Assembly (NCBI GenBank): GCA_951406725.2
Contig: OX597815.1
Location: 198,958,001-199,022,000 of the forward strand
Reading direction: 5' to 3'
Source of the DNA: Octopus vulgaris
Taxonomy: Eukaryota
DNA length: 64,000 nt
A program made the translations under genes and the position numbers. The notes below the pieces were generated by a model, which worked only from the letters and a program-made list of their open reading frames with translations, was not told the origin of the DNA and searched no databases. Below, piece after piece: positions 38,098-51,097 of the stretch; positions within the stretch are counted from its first letter, which is position 1; the number at the start of each line of letters is the position of its first letter.

Positions 38098-39125
38098 ATT
38101 TTTATGTGTGTTAAAGTGTGTGTGTGTGTGTGCTTTATGTATGGTTGGGTGTGTGTGTGTGTGTGTGTATCATGTGTATAAGCGTACGTATTTAGGAGCA
38201 GAAATAGATGAAGATGAGCAGAGAAGTCTCAAGAGAAATATAAGAGATAAATATCTAATCACAAGATTCTGCATCATTTTCTTCATCTTTTATTAAGTAT
38301 CGTTATCTGTCTCCTCCTCCTCCTCCTCCTCCTCCTCCTCCTCCTCCTCCTCCTCCTCCTCCTCCTTCTCCTTCTCCTCCACCTCCTTCTTCCTCCACGC
38401 GCGCACACATACACTCAAAAGCATACGAACCAAAACAAACAACAACTCCAATGCTAACATCATCTCTTAACACCACCAACAACAATAACAGAAACAACAA
38501 CAACAGCAACAACAACAACGACAACGAGACACCCTCATCAATGCCAACACCATCGCCGACGCCATCATCGCCATTGCCATCGCCGGAGCCGGTGTCCAGG
38601 CGTTTACAGCCCTGAGCTGAAACAATGTTGTTTACTACGACCTCACCTTTTAGACAAACATTTAACTTGATCTTAAATGTCATGTCACTAGGCCACCACA
38701 CCACCAGCCAGCTATTTCTCTGTGTACATGAGTAACTGTCAGGCACCCTCTCTCACTATCTTTCTCTCTCTCTCTCTCTCTCATTCTCTCTTTCTCGCTC
38801 TCTCTCTATTTATTTTCTGAGTGTTGGTCTCTATGACTCTTACACCTCTTCTTTCTATCTCTGGATATTATATTCCTCATCACTCTTAATTTTTTTTTAA
38901 TTTTCATTTATATACTTGTATATATGTATATATGTGTGTGTGTATATATAGAGAGGTACATAGATATGCATACATATATATATATATGCATACATACACG
39001 TATATCGTATGTAAACATATTAATATATATAGAGAGATACATAGATATGCATACATATATATATATATATGCATACATACACGTATATAGTATGTAAACA
39101 TATTAATATATATATATATTGTGTG

Positions 39126-39159
<34 letters not shown>

Positions 39160-39780
39160 AAGAGAGAGAGAGAGGGAGAGTATATGTATATTTTGTATAT
39201 ATATATATATACATACATATATATATATATATAAATATGTATATTTATGCATATATACATACATGTGTATGTTGTGTACGTATATATGTATGTAAATATG
39301 TGTGTATGTATGTTTGTATGTATGTAAGTATGTATCTATGTGTGTATGTATGAGAGCGTGTTGGTATGTTACTTGTGTTTGCCTGTATATATGTTTCTAT
39401 ATATAAATATAGAAATATACGGATATGAGCGTGTGTATATATATTTAATCCACGTAATTTTGCACTAATTCATATATACGTTGTACACGCGTATGACGCA
39501 TGTGAGAACGCAAATATAGAAACTTACATATCTTCCTATACACATGCGTTCATACAGACAGATATACAAGCATACATACATACATGCATACGTGCGTACA
39601 TATATACATACAACTATGCATACATATACTCGTAGAGAGTCAGGAGGAAACGTCGCTTTGGTAAATAAGTTACACCCAGCTAAAAGATTTAAGCAGACAT
39701 AGAGTTCAAATCCTGCAGATGAATTGGCAATTTTTTTATCTTCTTCTGTATTAGATATATAGACATATATACATGTATGT

Positions 39781-39871
<91 letters not shown>

Positions 39872-39878
39872 GTGTGTG

Positions 39879-39928
<50 letters not shown>

Positions 39929-40080
39929 TATAGGCGGAAAAGTAAGAAAATAAGCGAAAATGCACATTGCAAATAAAAAAATAAAGGCTTTTTATGAAAA
40001 GTAATGATAGATATATACAATTAGATGAACTGAGGTAGGAATAAAAGTAATAAAAGTCATTATTGTGAATTGTTACAGAG

Positions 40081-40128
40081 ATTCAAAAGCATACCGGTTT
40101 CGTAAAATTACTAATCATTGCTTTGAAT
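40081..40128 (-). ncRNA. Type-I hammerhead motif in the Penelope 3' region, core AUGAUUA
   Basis: AUUCAAAGCA-AUGAUUA-GUAAUUUUAC-GAA-ACCGGU-A-UGCUUUUGAAU: stem I 6+4 bp with one bulge, short stem II, palindromic stem III, GUA triplet. Confidence 0.7.
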
Positions 40129-40290
40129 GCACACCGATTACTGAACGGTGTCAGATCTACTAGTCCCTGTGTAAAAAGTTTATGTGTAAAGGACGTAAGT
40201 TGTTCTGGATTTGGTGCAGTTAGGGTAAATGTAGATCTGTAATGTTAATGGTGTATATGATGAATGGGGTTAGTGGTATTAATTGAAAGG

Positions 40291-40719
40291 TTAGTAGTGT
40301 TCTGCATTATGATATGTGTTCATATTGAGTTGTGGAAGATATCTATCGATGAAAGTTGCCTCTTTATTCATTCTTTCTTGTAGTGAGGTGTTCTGTGAAC
40401 ATTGATAGAAGGGGAAAATTATGAAATTAGGATTAAGATTTCTAGCACACCTTTCTATGTGTTCACTGATCTGTATCTGCCTGTATTGCGGGTGGCGGGT
40501 TTTTTCTTTGTGGAGAGTGGTTCTTCGACGAAGTGATATTCCTGTTTGGCCAATATAATTATTACCACAACCTAAGCATATAATGGCATAGATTAGCCTT
40601 TCCGAGGTACAGGTGAAATTTGATTTAATCCTAAATATTTCACCTTGTTTAAAGTGGAACTCTGAACCCTCCAAAACGTGGGGGCATGTACCACTGTTAT
40701 GTCGACCACATTTTTTCAA
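40291..40719 (-). pseudogene. GIY-YIG endonuclease domain of the Penelope-like element
   Basis: LIYAIICLGCGNNYIGQTG...RRTTLH...EH...E.TFI...PQLN, preceded by a Cys-containing linker. Confidence 0.88.
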
Positions 40720-41658
40720 TTTTGGTTCTGTTGTTAATGGATATAGTCTAGCGCAGTTTAATATTTTTTCAATGATTTAGGTTGCATTTTGCTTTTGATA
40801 ATTTTGTGTGAGCCTAAAATATTGTACATTGTTTTATCTCCTGCGAGGATGGGTAGATTTTGGATGATAAGACTGAAGGCTTCGTTGTTTCTATGAGTAT
40901 GTGTGGAAATGTATGGGAGCATTTTTAAGTCTGGCTTACTATTTCGGTTGACTTCCTTTAATGTCCGTATATCTATTTCCTTAGCTCGTTTAATGACATC
41001 ATTTATTAATGATATTGGGTAATGTCTTTCGATTAGTATTTATCTGAGTTCAAGGAGTCTTCGTTCACGAATATATGGTACAGATTCTTTTCGCTGGATT
41101 ATAAGGTATATTGATTTTTATGTGTTTGGGGTGACAGGAGTTGAATAATATGTATTGTATAGAATCTGTGGGTACATAGAAGATGCCTGTTTCGGTGTGG
41201 TTATTGACTATTTAATTAGGATGTCAAGAAAAGAGAGTTGTTTACTGCTGTGTTCCATGGTGAATTGTATGTTGCTATTAATATTGTTAAGCATTATTTT
41301 GAAATCGAGGAGTTTGTCCATGCTGTCTTTCCAAAGTATGAAGCAATCGTCCAAATACCTCTTCCAGTTCTCCTTTAAATAGCAATGAAATGAGGTGCCA
41401 TATTTTGTAATGATGATTGATATATTTTAAGCGCTAGGTAACCCATTACACGGTTCGCAATCACTGGAGCAGTTCGGGTTCCCATTGCAATTCCACATTT
41501 TCGTAGTTATGATGTCTATATTGGACTTCGTATATTTGTACGCCAGCATTACCTTAATCGTATTTGCAGCACTCTCAGTAATAGTAAAAAAGATATACAT
41601 AGATACATACATTCAGGCAGGCAGACAGACATTTGCATGTATACAAACAGACATATAT

Positions 41659-42067
41659 CTCTCTTTTTTACTTGTTTCAGTCATTTGACTGCGGCCATAC
41701 TGGAGCACCACCTTTAGTAGAGCAGATCGACCTGGGGACTTATTCTTTGTAAGCCCAGTACTTATTCTATCGGTCTCTTTTGCCGAACCGCTAAGTGACG
41801 GGGACATAAACACACCAGCATCGGTTGTCAAGCAATGCTAGGGGGACAAACACAGACACACAAACATACACACACACATACATATATATATATATACATA
41901 TATACGACAGACTTCTTTCAGTTTCCGTCTACCAAATCCACTCACAAGACATTGGTCGGCCCGGGGCTATAGCAGAAGACATTTGCCCAAGATGCCACGC
42001 AGTGGGATTGAACCCGGAACCATGTGGTTGGTAAGCAAGCTACTTACCACACAGCCACTCCTGCGCC
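41659..42067 (-). mobile_element. SINE family A, full length
   Basis: Ends ...CACAGCCACTCCTGCGCC on the plus strand. Confidence 0.92.
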
Positions 42068-42349
42068 TATGTATATATATATGTGAAGTGTTGTTATTGT
42101 CGTGAGTGAAGTTTCTGAACATGACGTGTATTTGGAATTTGCGCACGGGTTACAACTGTCTTGATGAGTTGTATCGATGTGACGTGAATGGAGATCGAAC
42201 GAAGTATTATCCCTACTTGTGTTCGTTATTGCTCAAACCCTTTCTTTCTCTTTGTAACTCGATCAGTGGTTCAATTCTTTAGTTTCTATGGATAACTTCA
42301 AATGTATCACCTATAAATACGAGGAAGCGGGATTTATTTATTTCAAACA

Positions 42350-44200
42350 ATTCGAATGTTCTGATAAGATATTGGGCTGAGATGTGGTATTGACAAGCGG
42401 GTTCATCGCTGTAATAAAGTTACTGGTATTTGGTAGAGTTTAAGGGAATCGCTCTTCCAGATCATAAGGCAATAACTTCACTAACAGTGTGAAGATTACA
42501 AATATTTGGGTGTGTTGCAGAACGTTGCTGTGTAACAGAAAGAAATGAAACATGAAGCTGTAGATATGTGAGGAAAGTCAAGGAGATCTTAGACATAAAA
42601 TGAATAGAAAAAAAATATATCATTAAAGTAATCGATAAATGCGCAATACCAATATTAATATATTCTGCAGCTTTCCTTCAGTGAACGGAAGGCGAACTTG
42701 ATCAAATGGATAGGCGCGCCAGAAAGCCGTTAACAATGCACAATGGGATCCATCCAGAATACTGTTACTAAAATGTATATGCCAAGCAAACAGAAGCATG
42801 GGACTACTCAATGCAACAGATACAATACAATTGGCAATTATGGGACTAGAAAGACATTTGGTGAATAGTGGAGAGAAGCTTATATATTCAATCAAAAGGA
42901 TCGATAGCAAGTACAAAGAAGCAGAAAAGGATTACAGACAAAAGAGAAAAAAAAAGGAAGGATGGGAAACTGGAAAGATAAGTGTTGCACAAGCAATTTG
43001 TCAGACAAACAGAAGACATAGAAGAGCAACAATTGATTTGGGGGTGAGTTGGAAGTCTAAGGAGGGATGCAAAATCCTTTCTCGTGATCGTATCGGGATA
43101 AAAATAATTGAACAAACTTTGTTAAAACAAAATAAGGGGAATGTAATAAGAAAATAAGTGGCAACATTCTGAAATATTTTTCTGCGAATGTTACCATATG
43201 GTACAAAGAAAATTAAAAACAAAAATGGAATTATATCGTAGACTAGCTATTTGGACCCGTGCTTCACTCGGGTTTTGGTGATGGTGTTGTTTTGTGCGTG
43301 TTGTCTCCTTTTCCCTTTCTTCTTTTATTCGTCTTCTTTGCCTGATTCTTTTTATTGCCCTCTTCTTTACCCCCCTTTCCAAAATCCCCAAAGTTTTTAC
43401 ACACACAATTAAAGATAACCGCCTTTAGCCCTTGCAGCAATACGAAAAGTCACCATTGTTCAAACAGCGCAACCTGTCTATCCCATAAAACTCAATTTTT
43501 CCCATATTCCTCACCATGGCAACCAAAGGGTAGCCCCGAGCGATTTGCAACCCTCCTCACACTATTGCCCACCCCATTTTACTCCCCAGTGTAAATTTTG
43601 GCGCCAATCCGACCCCATCCCAAAATGAAACAAATTACCAAGAAATCAAGCAACTTTTTCGCATTTCAGCATTATAGATATGGAAGTTGTCATTGAGAAA
43701 TTTTAGTAAAATTTCGAATTTCCTTCAATGAAGTCGGTATTATCACCAGCAATATATATTACCAGCTTTATTAATGTAGAGAATGTTATATAACACAATA
43801 TGATCTGTCAGCATTGCTGATTATGTAAGAAGCACGTAGAGTGGATAACAACATAAAATAGAACCAAAATAACCTATGTGTTATCATAGATTTTGCTATG
43901 TGATAGAGGATAAGAGAAGAGTGGAAAGGAAAAAACGCAAACTTTTGAAAAGTGTCTGTTTCGATAGCAGAACTAAAAGATTTTCTGTTATATTGAAGTA
44001 AACATTTTGATTATTGTCATAGGAACGCTGGAAGCCAAATCAAAACATTTGTCTTATGAAGAAAAAAGAAAACAGAATCTTGTAGATATAAGAATTAAGA
44101 TTTAGCTTTCAATGTGGCAGAAAACAGTTATCTTACAAGAATATTTTGTTACGTTCTTAAAAAGTTGAGGACGCTATTTTTGTAGTAGACTCAGAAAAGG
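42350..44200 (+). mobile_element. Heavily decayed R4/Dong-like retrotransposon, interrupted by Helitron H2
   Basis: DYKYLGVLQ and YSAAFLQ*TEGELDQMDRRARKPLTMHNGIHP match the post-RT region of this group; weak IIVIGTL motif after the Helitron. Confidence 0.55.
43243..43678 (-). mobile_element. Non-autonomous Helitron, family H2
   Basis: Minus strand A^TCTATAATGCTG ... CCCGAGTGAAGCACGGG (hairpin) TCCAAATAG CTAG^T; no TSD. Confidence 0.75.
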
Positions 44201-44346
44201 ATGGACAGCGTCCAACACAATTTTCAGCGATTCTGAGCTTGAGATCTTGTAAATTGTGAGTTGTCATCAGACCAGAGAACCATCTCGAACGTTTACAACA
44301 TAAATTGACCCAAAAATAAAACAATAGTATTAAAATCGGAGATTGT

Positions 44347-44637
44347 GGAGGCGCAATGGCCCAGTGGTTAGGGTAGCGTGCTCGCGGTCGGAGGATCGCG
44401 GTTTCGATTCCCAGACCGCGCGTTGTTTGTGTTTATTGAGCGAGGCCCCTCAGGCAGGGGTGGTGGCGACCCCTGTTATACTCTTTCTCCCCAAATTTAT
44501 CTCACTCTTTCTTCCTGTTTTTTGGGTAACGCTGTGATGGACTGGCGTCCCGTCCAGCTGTGGGGGGGGGGGACACATACGCCACAGAAACCGGAAAACC
44601 GGGACCATGAGCCTGGCTAGGCTTGAAAAGGACGCAT
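44347..44637 (+). mobile_element. SINE family C, type-2 tail, with ~14-bp TSD
   Basis: tRNA-like head; ATTAAAATCGGAGA (44329) / ATTAAAATCAGAGA (44644). Confidence 0.88.
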
Positions 44638-45388
44638 ATATAAATTAAAATCAGAGACCGATTAAGTCTACTACTCAGAGGTTGTCTTTTCCTCACAGCA
44701 TAATTATTTCTAATTTGATATTTTAATACACAGAACATTATATATATCGAGACAACCATCACTAGTGAATAAAACATAAAACAGCAACGGATTCTTTGGT
44801 TTTAAGCCTATTTTCAGTGAACCGATGTCAATACCTCGAGTCTTACAACTACATCAAATTAACTTACTTAATAAGGAACTGAGAGAAAGTCGAGTTAGTT
44901 TTTTTGCAGTAAATGTGATAGATTGAAATCACTTTACAACATTAATTCAGGAAAGCCTGTGAGGCAGTTTATGTAAACAACAAGCCAAATAACTTCCTTG
45001 TGGTACTTAAAATTAAAAGTAAAAATACTCCGAAAGAATTTTATCTTTTTTTTTTCCTCTGCATTTTATTGCTAATATATATATATATATATTCTTTTTA
45101 ACTGCTTTCAGTTTTTGAGGTTGTTGCTATTGAAGCTAAAGGTAAGAATCTATAGCCATGATGTTGATGATGATGATGAAGATGAGGATGATAGTGGGGA
45201 TTTAGGCAAAGAACAGACATTTTGAGCGATTTGTAGCCAGTAGGTACTGTCGACCTCTATACTTCATTTGTGCTTTAATTTATCGATAAGAGGATGATAA
45301 AAATTTCAAGTTGATCCCGGCAGGATTTAAATCCATAGCGTAAAGGAATTTTTTCTTTGGAGCCAAGGAATCTACCATTCCATTGCCT

Positions 45389-45424
<36 letters not shown>

Positions 45425-45433
45425 CACTACTAC

Positions 45434-45472
<39 letters not shown>

Positions 45473-45723
45473 GTACATCACACGTATTGAGAAGAGCATT
45501 GTCGATGTGAGAACTGTTGCTGCTCATGTATTTTATTTTAAATTAAAAAAAAAAAAAAAAAATGAACGAACTACTGAGTTTGGTTTAATGGCCTACCAAT
45601 GTATACTATGAGTTTCTTTGCCCTAGGAGTCGGGAAGACACTCGGCAAGAAATGGAAGCAAATTTGAAAGAAGAAAAAAAAAATAATAATAATAATAATA
45701 ACAACAACAACAACAACAACAAC

Positions 45724-45754
<31 letters not shown>

Positions 45755-45774
45755 GTAACAATAAAAATATGGTC

Positions 45775-46088
45775 CTGTTATTTCTGTCTTTTTTGTGTTT
45801 ATGCCCTAGGTATGATAAGAAAGGGATGTCAAAAAACAACTAGATAATATCCCAGGAGGACCATATCTCAGAGAAATCCAAAAGATTGTGCTAACAAGTA
45901 CTGCCCATATCTTTAGAAAAACCCTATCAATTTAAATGTCTGTATTGTACTACATGAAGATATTTCGCTACTGCCTCGGCCAGTTTCCCTCCCTAACCGT
46001 TCAGTCATACTATAACATCTCTTAACCTTCACTCGCCCTAGGACGCTGGGTGTGTCTCTGCAGTGATTGTTATAATATGCAGATTAAA

Positions 46089-46091
<3 letters not shown>
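45775..46091 (+). mobile_element. 3' end of an R4/Dong-like retrotransposon between (AAT)n tracts
   Basis: ALGMIRKGCQK / LDNIPGGPYLREIQKIVLTSTAHIFRKTLSI*, then a UTR ending in (TAA)n. Confidence 0.75.
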
Positions 46092-46130
<39 letters not shown>

Positions 46131-46269
46131 CAACAACAACAGCAACAGAAACAATAATGATAATAATAATAATAATATGTGACAAAAAAGTGTGCACGGT
46201 AATTACCGCGGAGATTGGAGTATCCAGTGTTTCGAAGAGAGTCCTTCTTCAAGGCTAATATGACGAGAT

Positions 46270-46308
<39 letters not shown>

Positions 46309-47559
46309 TCATGCGTTTTCACCATGAAACATTAGAAAGAGATCGGCAGGTCACTGAAATTTTATACTTTGTTATAACCCTTCCCGTGACTCAACGTGGG
46401 AGAGAGAGAGAGAGACAGAGAGAGAGAGATGTGGAGTGAGGGAGGGAGGGAGAGAGCGAGTGAAATGGCAACTCAGCTAAGTTTGACATTCTCTGTATTT
46501 GAGTTACTGGTTACTTGTGATGGGGTTTGCACATGTAGATTAGCTTCCCTGAAGTGATGTTGTGAAGTATCCTCTCATTCTATATCTCTTACATCAACAC
46601 AACTGACCAATTCATATTCCCTTACTCATTTATCAGTGCTCGACATTTCTGTTTATCGTAAGAAGAGACACAGTTTCATATTCAAACTGAGAAGCATAGC
46701 ACCGATGGGTATAACTGAATGATTTACTTTCTGTTCTTTCACTCCCTCTTAGTTCAGTTATCACATTTTTATACTTCAGCTCCTTACATTTCGCCTTAAG
46801 TTTCCTTCTGCGTATCCTCAAACGCTTTCTGTTTCCTTTTTTTTTTACCCCTTTTTTTTTTGCTCCTGTTTATATCTAGTTTCTCTTTCCAACCGTTTCC
46901 TATCTGCGTATCCAAGCTCACTTCCACTAGTATTTCCCTTCAGTTGCAGCCAAGGGCGGCAAACATAGATCTATATATCTGCGCGCTTTCCTTTTTGCCG
47001 TCTTGTCATCGTAAACCTGAAGAAGTGTTTTTTTCCGAAACGTTTCGCAAATGAAACACAAAAAGAATAGAAATAACAACAGCATATTTTCACATTCCAT
47101 ATTTATTTTATAGATTTACTCTACACAAAACGCAACTCAAAATGAAGTCTAAATGCTTTAAATATTTGTAAAATATTAAAAAAGAACTGAAATGTTTAAT
47201 GGAGTAATTCAAAAACTTGTCACTAAAATATTTCACAAGCAAGGATAAAGTGTTAGCAAATATCATGAATAATATATTCAAAGAACACGAAATAAGACTG
47301 GTTGGTTCATTATGAGTGAACTAAAGTGATTCTTAAAATTCAAGAAATATAAACCTTAAAACCCAGATACCCGAGATCCCCTTTACTAGTTTCCTGAGTT
47401 TTAATTATAATATCACAGAAGATAAATCAATTACGTGGGGAACATTTATGTTCATAAGACCAAAAGAGATGTAGGAGGGGATTATGTATATGGTAATAAA
47501 GATCGGTCATTGATCAACAAAGCCAGAACGGAAGGTTGTAGAAGGAGAAAGAAGGTTGC

Positions 47560-49010
47560 GATTACGACAGGATTTACTTCCAAATGATTTTTGACAGTGT
47601 TCTCCATATGCGAGTCTTGGAAATATTAGTCAAATTAAAATAGTACCAATGATAACTAGATATATTAAAAATGTATATTAGTAGACGGCTAACAATTATG
47701 TAGATATAGGCAATAATGATTCAAAGAAACTTACCTTATTGTTGTTAGGCTACGAATATTCCAAGAGGGCCCCACTGTCCATTTCGCTTCTTTATGTTCT
47801 CATTAACACCTTTAACCAGAATGTTAAAACAAGCTGGACTGCGATGTTAATGCTGTGACAGAACCAATCAACCTGCCATAACATGTACATTATATGGTAT
47901 GTCATGTATATGGATGTCATGAAGTTGTACGCTGTAGATGATAAACATCTAGAAACACGAGAGGAATTGATATGCGATTCAGGTTAGAAAAATGTGCCAA
48001 GGCAACACTGAAGAGAGGAAATTTAATTAAGTACATTAATGTCATGTTTGATGAAGAAACAATGACAAGAGAATTAGATCAAAAACAAGCTAACATATAC
48101 TTAGGAAATAATGAACTAGACAGAGTACAACATACATAAATGTGAGAAAAGGTTAAGAACGAATATCATAGACGCATTAGATGAATATTCAAAACAGCGT
48201 TAAATGCCAAACATAAAGTAATAAGCATCAATACTCTAACTGCGCCAATAATAAGTCATAGTTATATTTTCAACCCAAAATCTCACAAAGATTATATTAG
48301 CAACAGAGACAGGGAAGTATTCGATGACTAGAAAACTATTATAAAATATCCACTGTACAACTACAAATATATCTTGCAAAATATAGCAGAAAGCTAATAT
48401 AAATAGCTATAAAAGACGAATAAAACAAAAACAATTTCTGTCTTCAAAGAAAGTAATAAATTTAAAACGGAGGCTGAACAGACAGTTATGATGATAAAAG
48501 AGAAGCAGTACCATACATTGCGAAAAAAAAAAAAAAGAAAAAGAAACAGAAAAAGATGAAAAACTCAGTTAAAACGTTGCTAAAGCGACGGAAAGAAAAG
48601 CCCCTATATGGCCAATATTTGAGAAAAGTTAACATGGAGGAAAGAGATAAAACAATTGCATCACTGGTTCAGAATAATTTTCTTTCTTTTTTTTTTTTTG
48701 CGTAGTAGGTCAGATCAAAACCTTCCTACAAGAAGCCATTATAAGCATATAATGAAAACGGTTGCAATAAGTAACCGAAGAAAATGTGGAATTGAAGAAG
48801 AGACGATGAACCATATTGCGTATGGCAGCACAGTTTTAAATAAGAAGTTGCACGTCTTCACGTATGGCAAAATTGGTGCCTTCATACACTCGGAATTATG
48901 CCAACATTATGGAATACTAAAAGAGAGAGAGTATTAATGTAGACCTGAAAAGGTATGAGAAGGAGGAAACAACCATACTCTGGGTTATGCAGAACCACAC
49001 AGATACGGTG
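47560..49010 (+). mobile_element. Decayed R4/Dong-like retrotransposon (RT to zinc-knuckle region)
   Basis: Ordered motif relics: IFDSVLH, YMDVMKLYA, RFRLEKCAKATLKRG, YLG...EYHRRIR...LNAKHKVISINT, KEKPLYGQY, DQNLPTR...KCGIEEETMNHI, TILW. Confidence 0.75.
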
Positions 49011-49180
49011 AGCAATGTTAATCAGTTATATATTGTATATATTCCTCCTTCTCATAACTTTTTCTAGTCTACATTAATACTCTCTCTTTTAGTATTCCAT
49101 AATGTTGGCATAATTCCTAGTGTATGAATGCACCAATTCTGCCATACGTGAAGATGTGCAATTTCTTATTTAAAACTGTG
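48829..49180. repeat. Inverted repeat, ~140-bp arms with 73-bp spacer
   Basis: 48829-48968 versus 49042-49180; the ORF track shows TVLNKKLH(V/I)FTYG on both strands. Confidence 0.92.
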
Positions 49181-49315
49181 TCGACTAATAAAAAAGGATT
49201 CACCCCAACTGAGGAAAATGTGGCAAGAATAGAAATGGTAAAATTATACAAATATAAATATTTCGTTTTGGGATTTGGTTTGCAAGATTCTTTATATGAG
49301 TTCGTGTGTTGAAGC

Positions 49316-49520
49316 ATATTCTGTTGAGTCTAGGGAGAGTCATTTTCTTTTTGTGCCTTATAATGTAACACACTCACCGGTAAAAATTCCACTTATTTCT
49401 TACTTTTATTTTCCTAAAATTTTCGTTGTGTCTTGCAACCTTTTCAATAGTCTTACCGGTGAGTGTGTTACATTATAAGGCATAAAAAGAAAATGACTCT
49501 CCCCTGACACAACAGAATAT
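49316..49520. repeat. Inverted repeat, 68-bp arms with 69-bp spacer
   Basis: ATATTCTGTTG...CACTCACCGGTAA (49316-49383) versus TTACCGGTGAGTG...CAACAGAATAT (49453-49520). Confidence 0.92.
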
Positions 49521-50419
49521 ACAAATATAAAAATTTGGAAATAGAAATGACAAGAATACACAAACAATGTAGTATGTAACATTCACATTAAGTAGAATAC
49601 TTGAGACACAACAGAAAATACAAAACATTTCACATACACAAGGTTCGCAGAGCTGCACTCGATTGTGTCGAGGTACGTTACTCACAGATAATACTTATAT
49701 TTTATCTTTTTATTCGACCAAGATGAAGCTCATAGATATTACAATATTGTTTCTACAAAATGATTATATTTACAATCAAATCAAACTTCACTGACTTAGA
49801 ACAGAAAAGAAAAAGAAAATCACATTAGATAATGTATCAGTGATACATAAAATACGAATTCGTCATGACCAGGATGACCTTTCTTAGACGTTTCCAGACA
49901 GGAGTGTCATGCTACCAAAGAGGCAACAATACGAACAAAAACTATGGCAAGTCAACGAAGAAGCTTCTACGAGCCATTAGGTGTTCGCTCGATCAGCTGG
50001 ATTTAATAGTCAAATTTCCTTCATGTCCTACACTAATGGAACCATTATGTGTCCACTCGATCAGCTAGAAATAATAACCAACTCCTCCCGACGTTACGCA
50101 TTACTGTCAACAAAAGATTAAGGACAAATCTGAATAAAATGACGCGGTAGTTAGAAACCGGAAAGTGTTTCTTTACAAGCCTATAGATCTCAGCTAATCT
50201 AAAGCTAAACAAGAGCACCTGCAATTACTACTACTACTGCTGCTGCTACTATTACTACTACTACTAAAAATAATAATAATAATATTTCTCTTTCTCTCTC
50301 TATCTATATATCAATTTATCTATCTCTCTGTCTAACTGTCAGTCTCTTTCTCTCTCTTACTATTTATCTATCTATCTACCTGTCTATCCACCTATTTATT
50401 TCACTATATATATATCATT

Positions 50420-50628
50420 CAAAATGTTACCGCGTGTGTACCGTTGGCGAATTTTTTTCCTCTGTCTTCCCTTCTCTGGATCTTTCCTTCTCCTATGTTT
50501 CCGACGAAGTGCTCCGCTCGAAACGTTAAACCCTCCTTCTTTCCTTCTTTCCTGAGCGTCCAATAATACTATATTTGTTCCACGTCCTCGCGTTGCTTTG
50601 TTTTTTGTGCTTTCATGTTTGGATTAAC
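50420..50628 (+). mobile_element. Non-autonomous Penelope pLTR-like element with hammerhead motif
   Basis: Homologous to 14636-14825; 3' end runs into (TA)n. Confidence 0.65.
50497..50531 (+). ncRNA. Minimal type-I hammerhead motif, core CCGACGA
   Basis: GUUU-CCGACGA-A-GUGC UCC GCUC-GAA-ACGU-U-AAAC; one mismatch in stem II. Confidence 0.55.
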
Positions 50629-50660
<32 letters not shown>

Positions 50661-50968
50661 TACATTTATCAATCTATCTGGCTATTCAGCTGTCTATTTG
50701 TCTATCTCTCTATCTATTTATTTATCTATCTACCTATCAATCTATTCATCTGTTTATTTATCTGCCTATCCATCTATCTATTTGTGTATCTCTTTATTTG
50801 TCTATCTATCCATCTATCTATTTATCACTCTATAAAACTCAACAAATGTACGTCTACCATATCATTTGACAACTTATAAATACCAGCCAACGTAAACCAC
50901 AGATTACCTTCGGAATATATGATCTGTGGAATATCATATGTGAAAAAAAAAACCCAAAACAAAACAAA

Positions 50969-51097
50969 GCGGTTCGGCAAAAGAGACCGATAGAATAAGT
51001 ACTGGGCTTACAAAAGAATAAGTCCCGGGGTCGAGTTGCTCGACTAAAGGCAGTGCTCCAGCATGGCCGCAGTCAACTGACTGAAACAAATAAAAGA
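50969..51097 (+). mobile_element. SINE family A, 5'-truncated 3' fragment
   Basis: GCGGTTCGGCAAAAGAGACCG...GACTGAAACAAATAAAAGAG. Confidence 0.88.

Larger units (their letters stand above)
40020..41520 (-). mobile_element. Penelope-like retroelement (5'-truncated): RT C-half, GIY-YIG endonuclease, 3' pLTR region
   Basis: Minus strand GIAMGTRTAPVIAN, WKRYLDDCFILW, IQFTME, FNSCHPKH, then the GIY-YIG ORF; multiple frameshifts and stops. Confidence 0.88.

Noticed and set aside
47010-47050. Hammerhead-like CTGAAGAAG...CCGAAACGTTT
   Set aside because: Stem II does not pair and stem I is unconvincing; at most a decayed relic.
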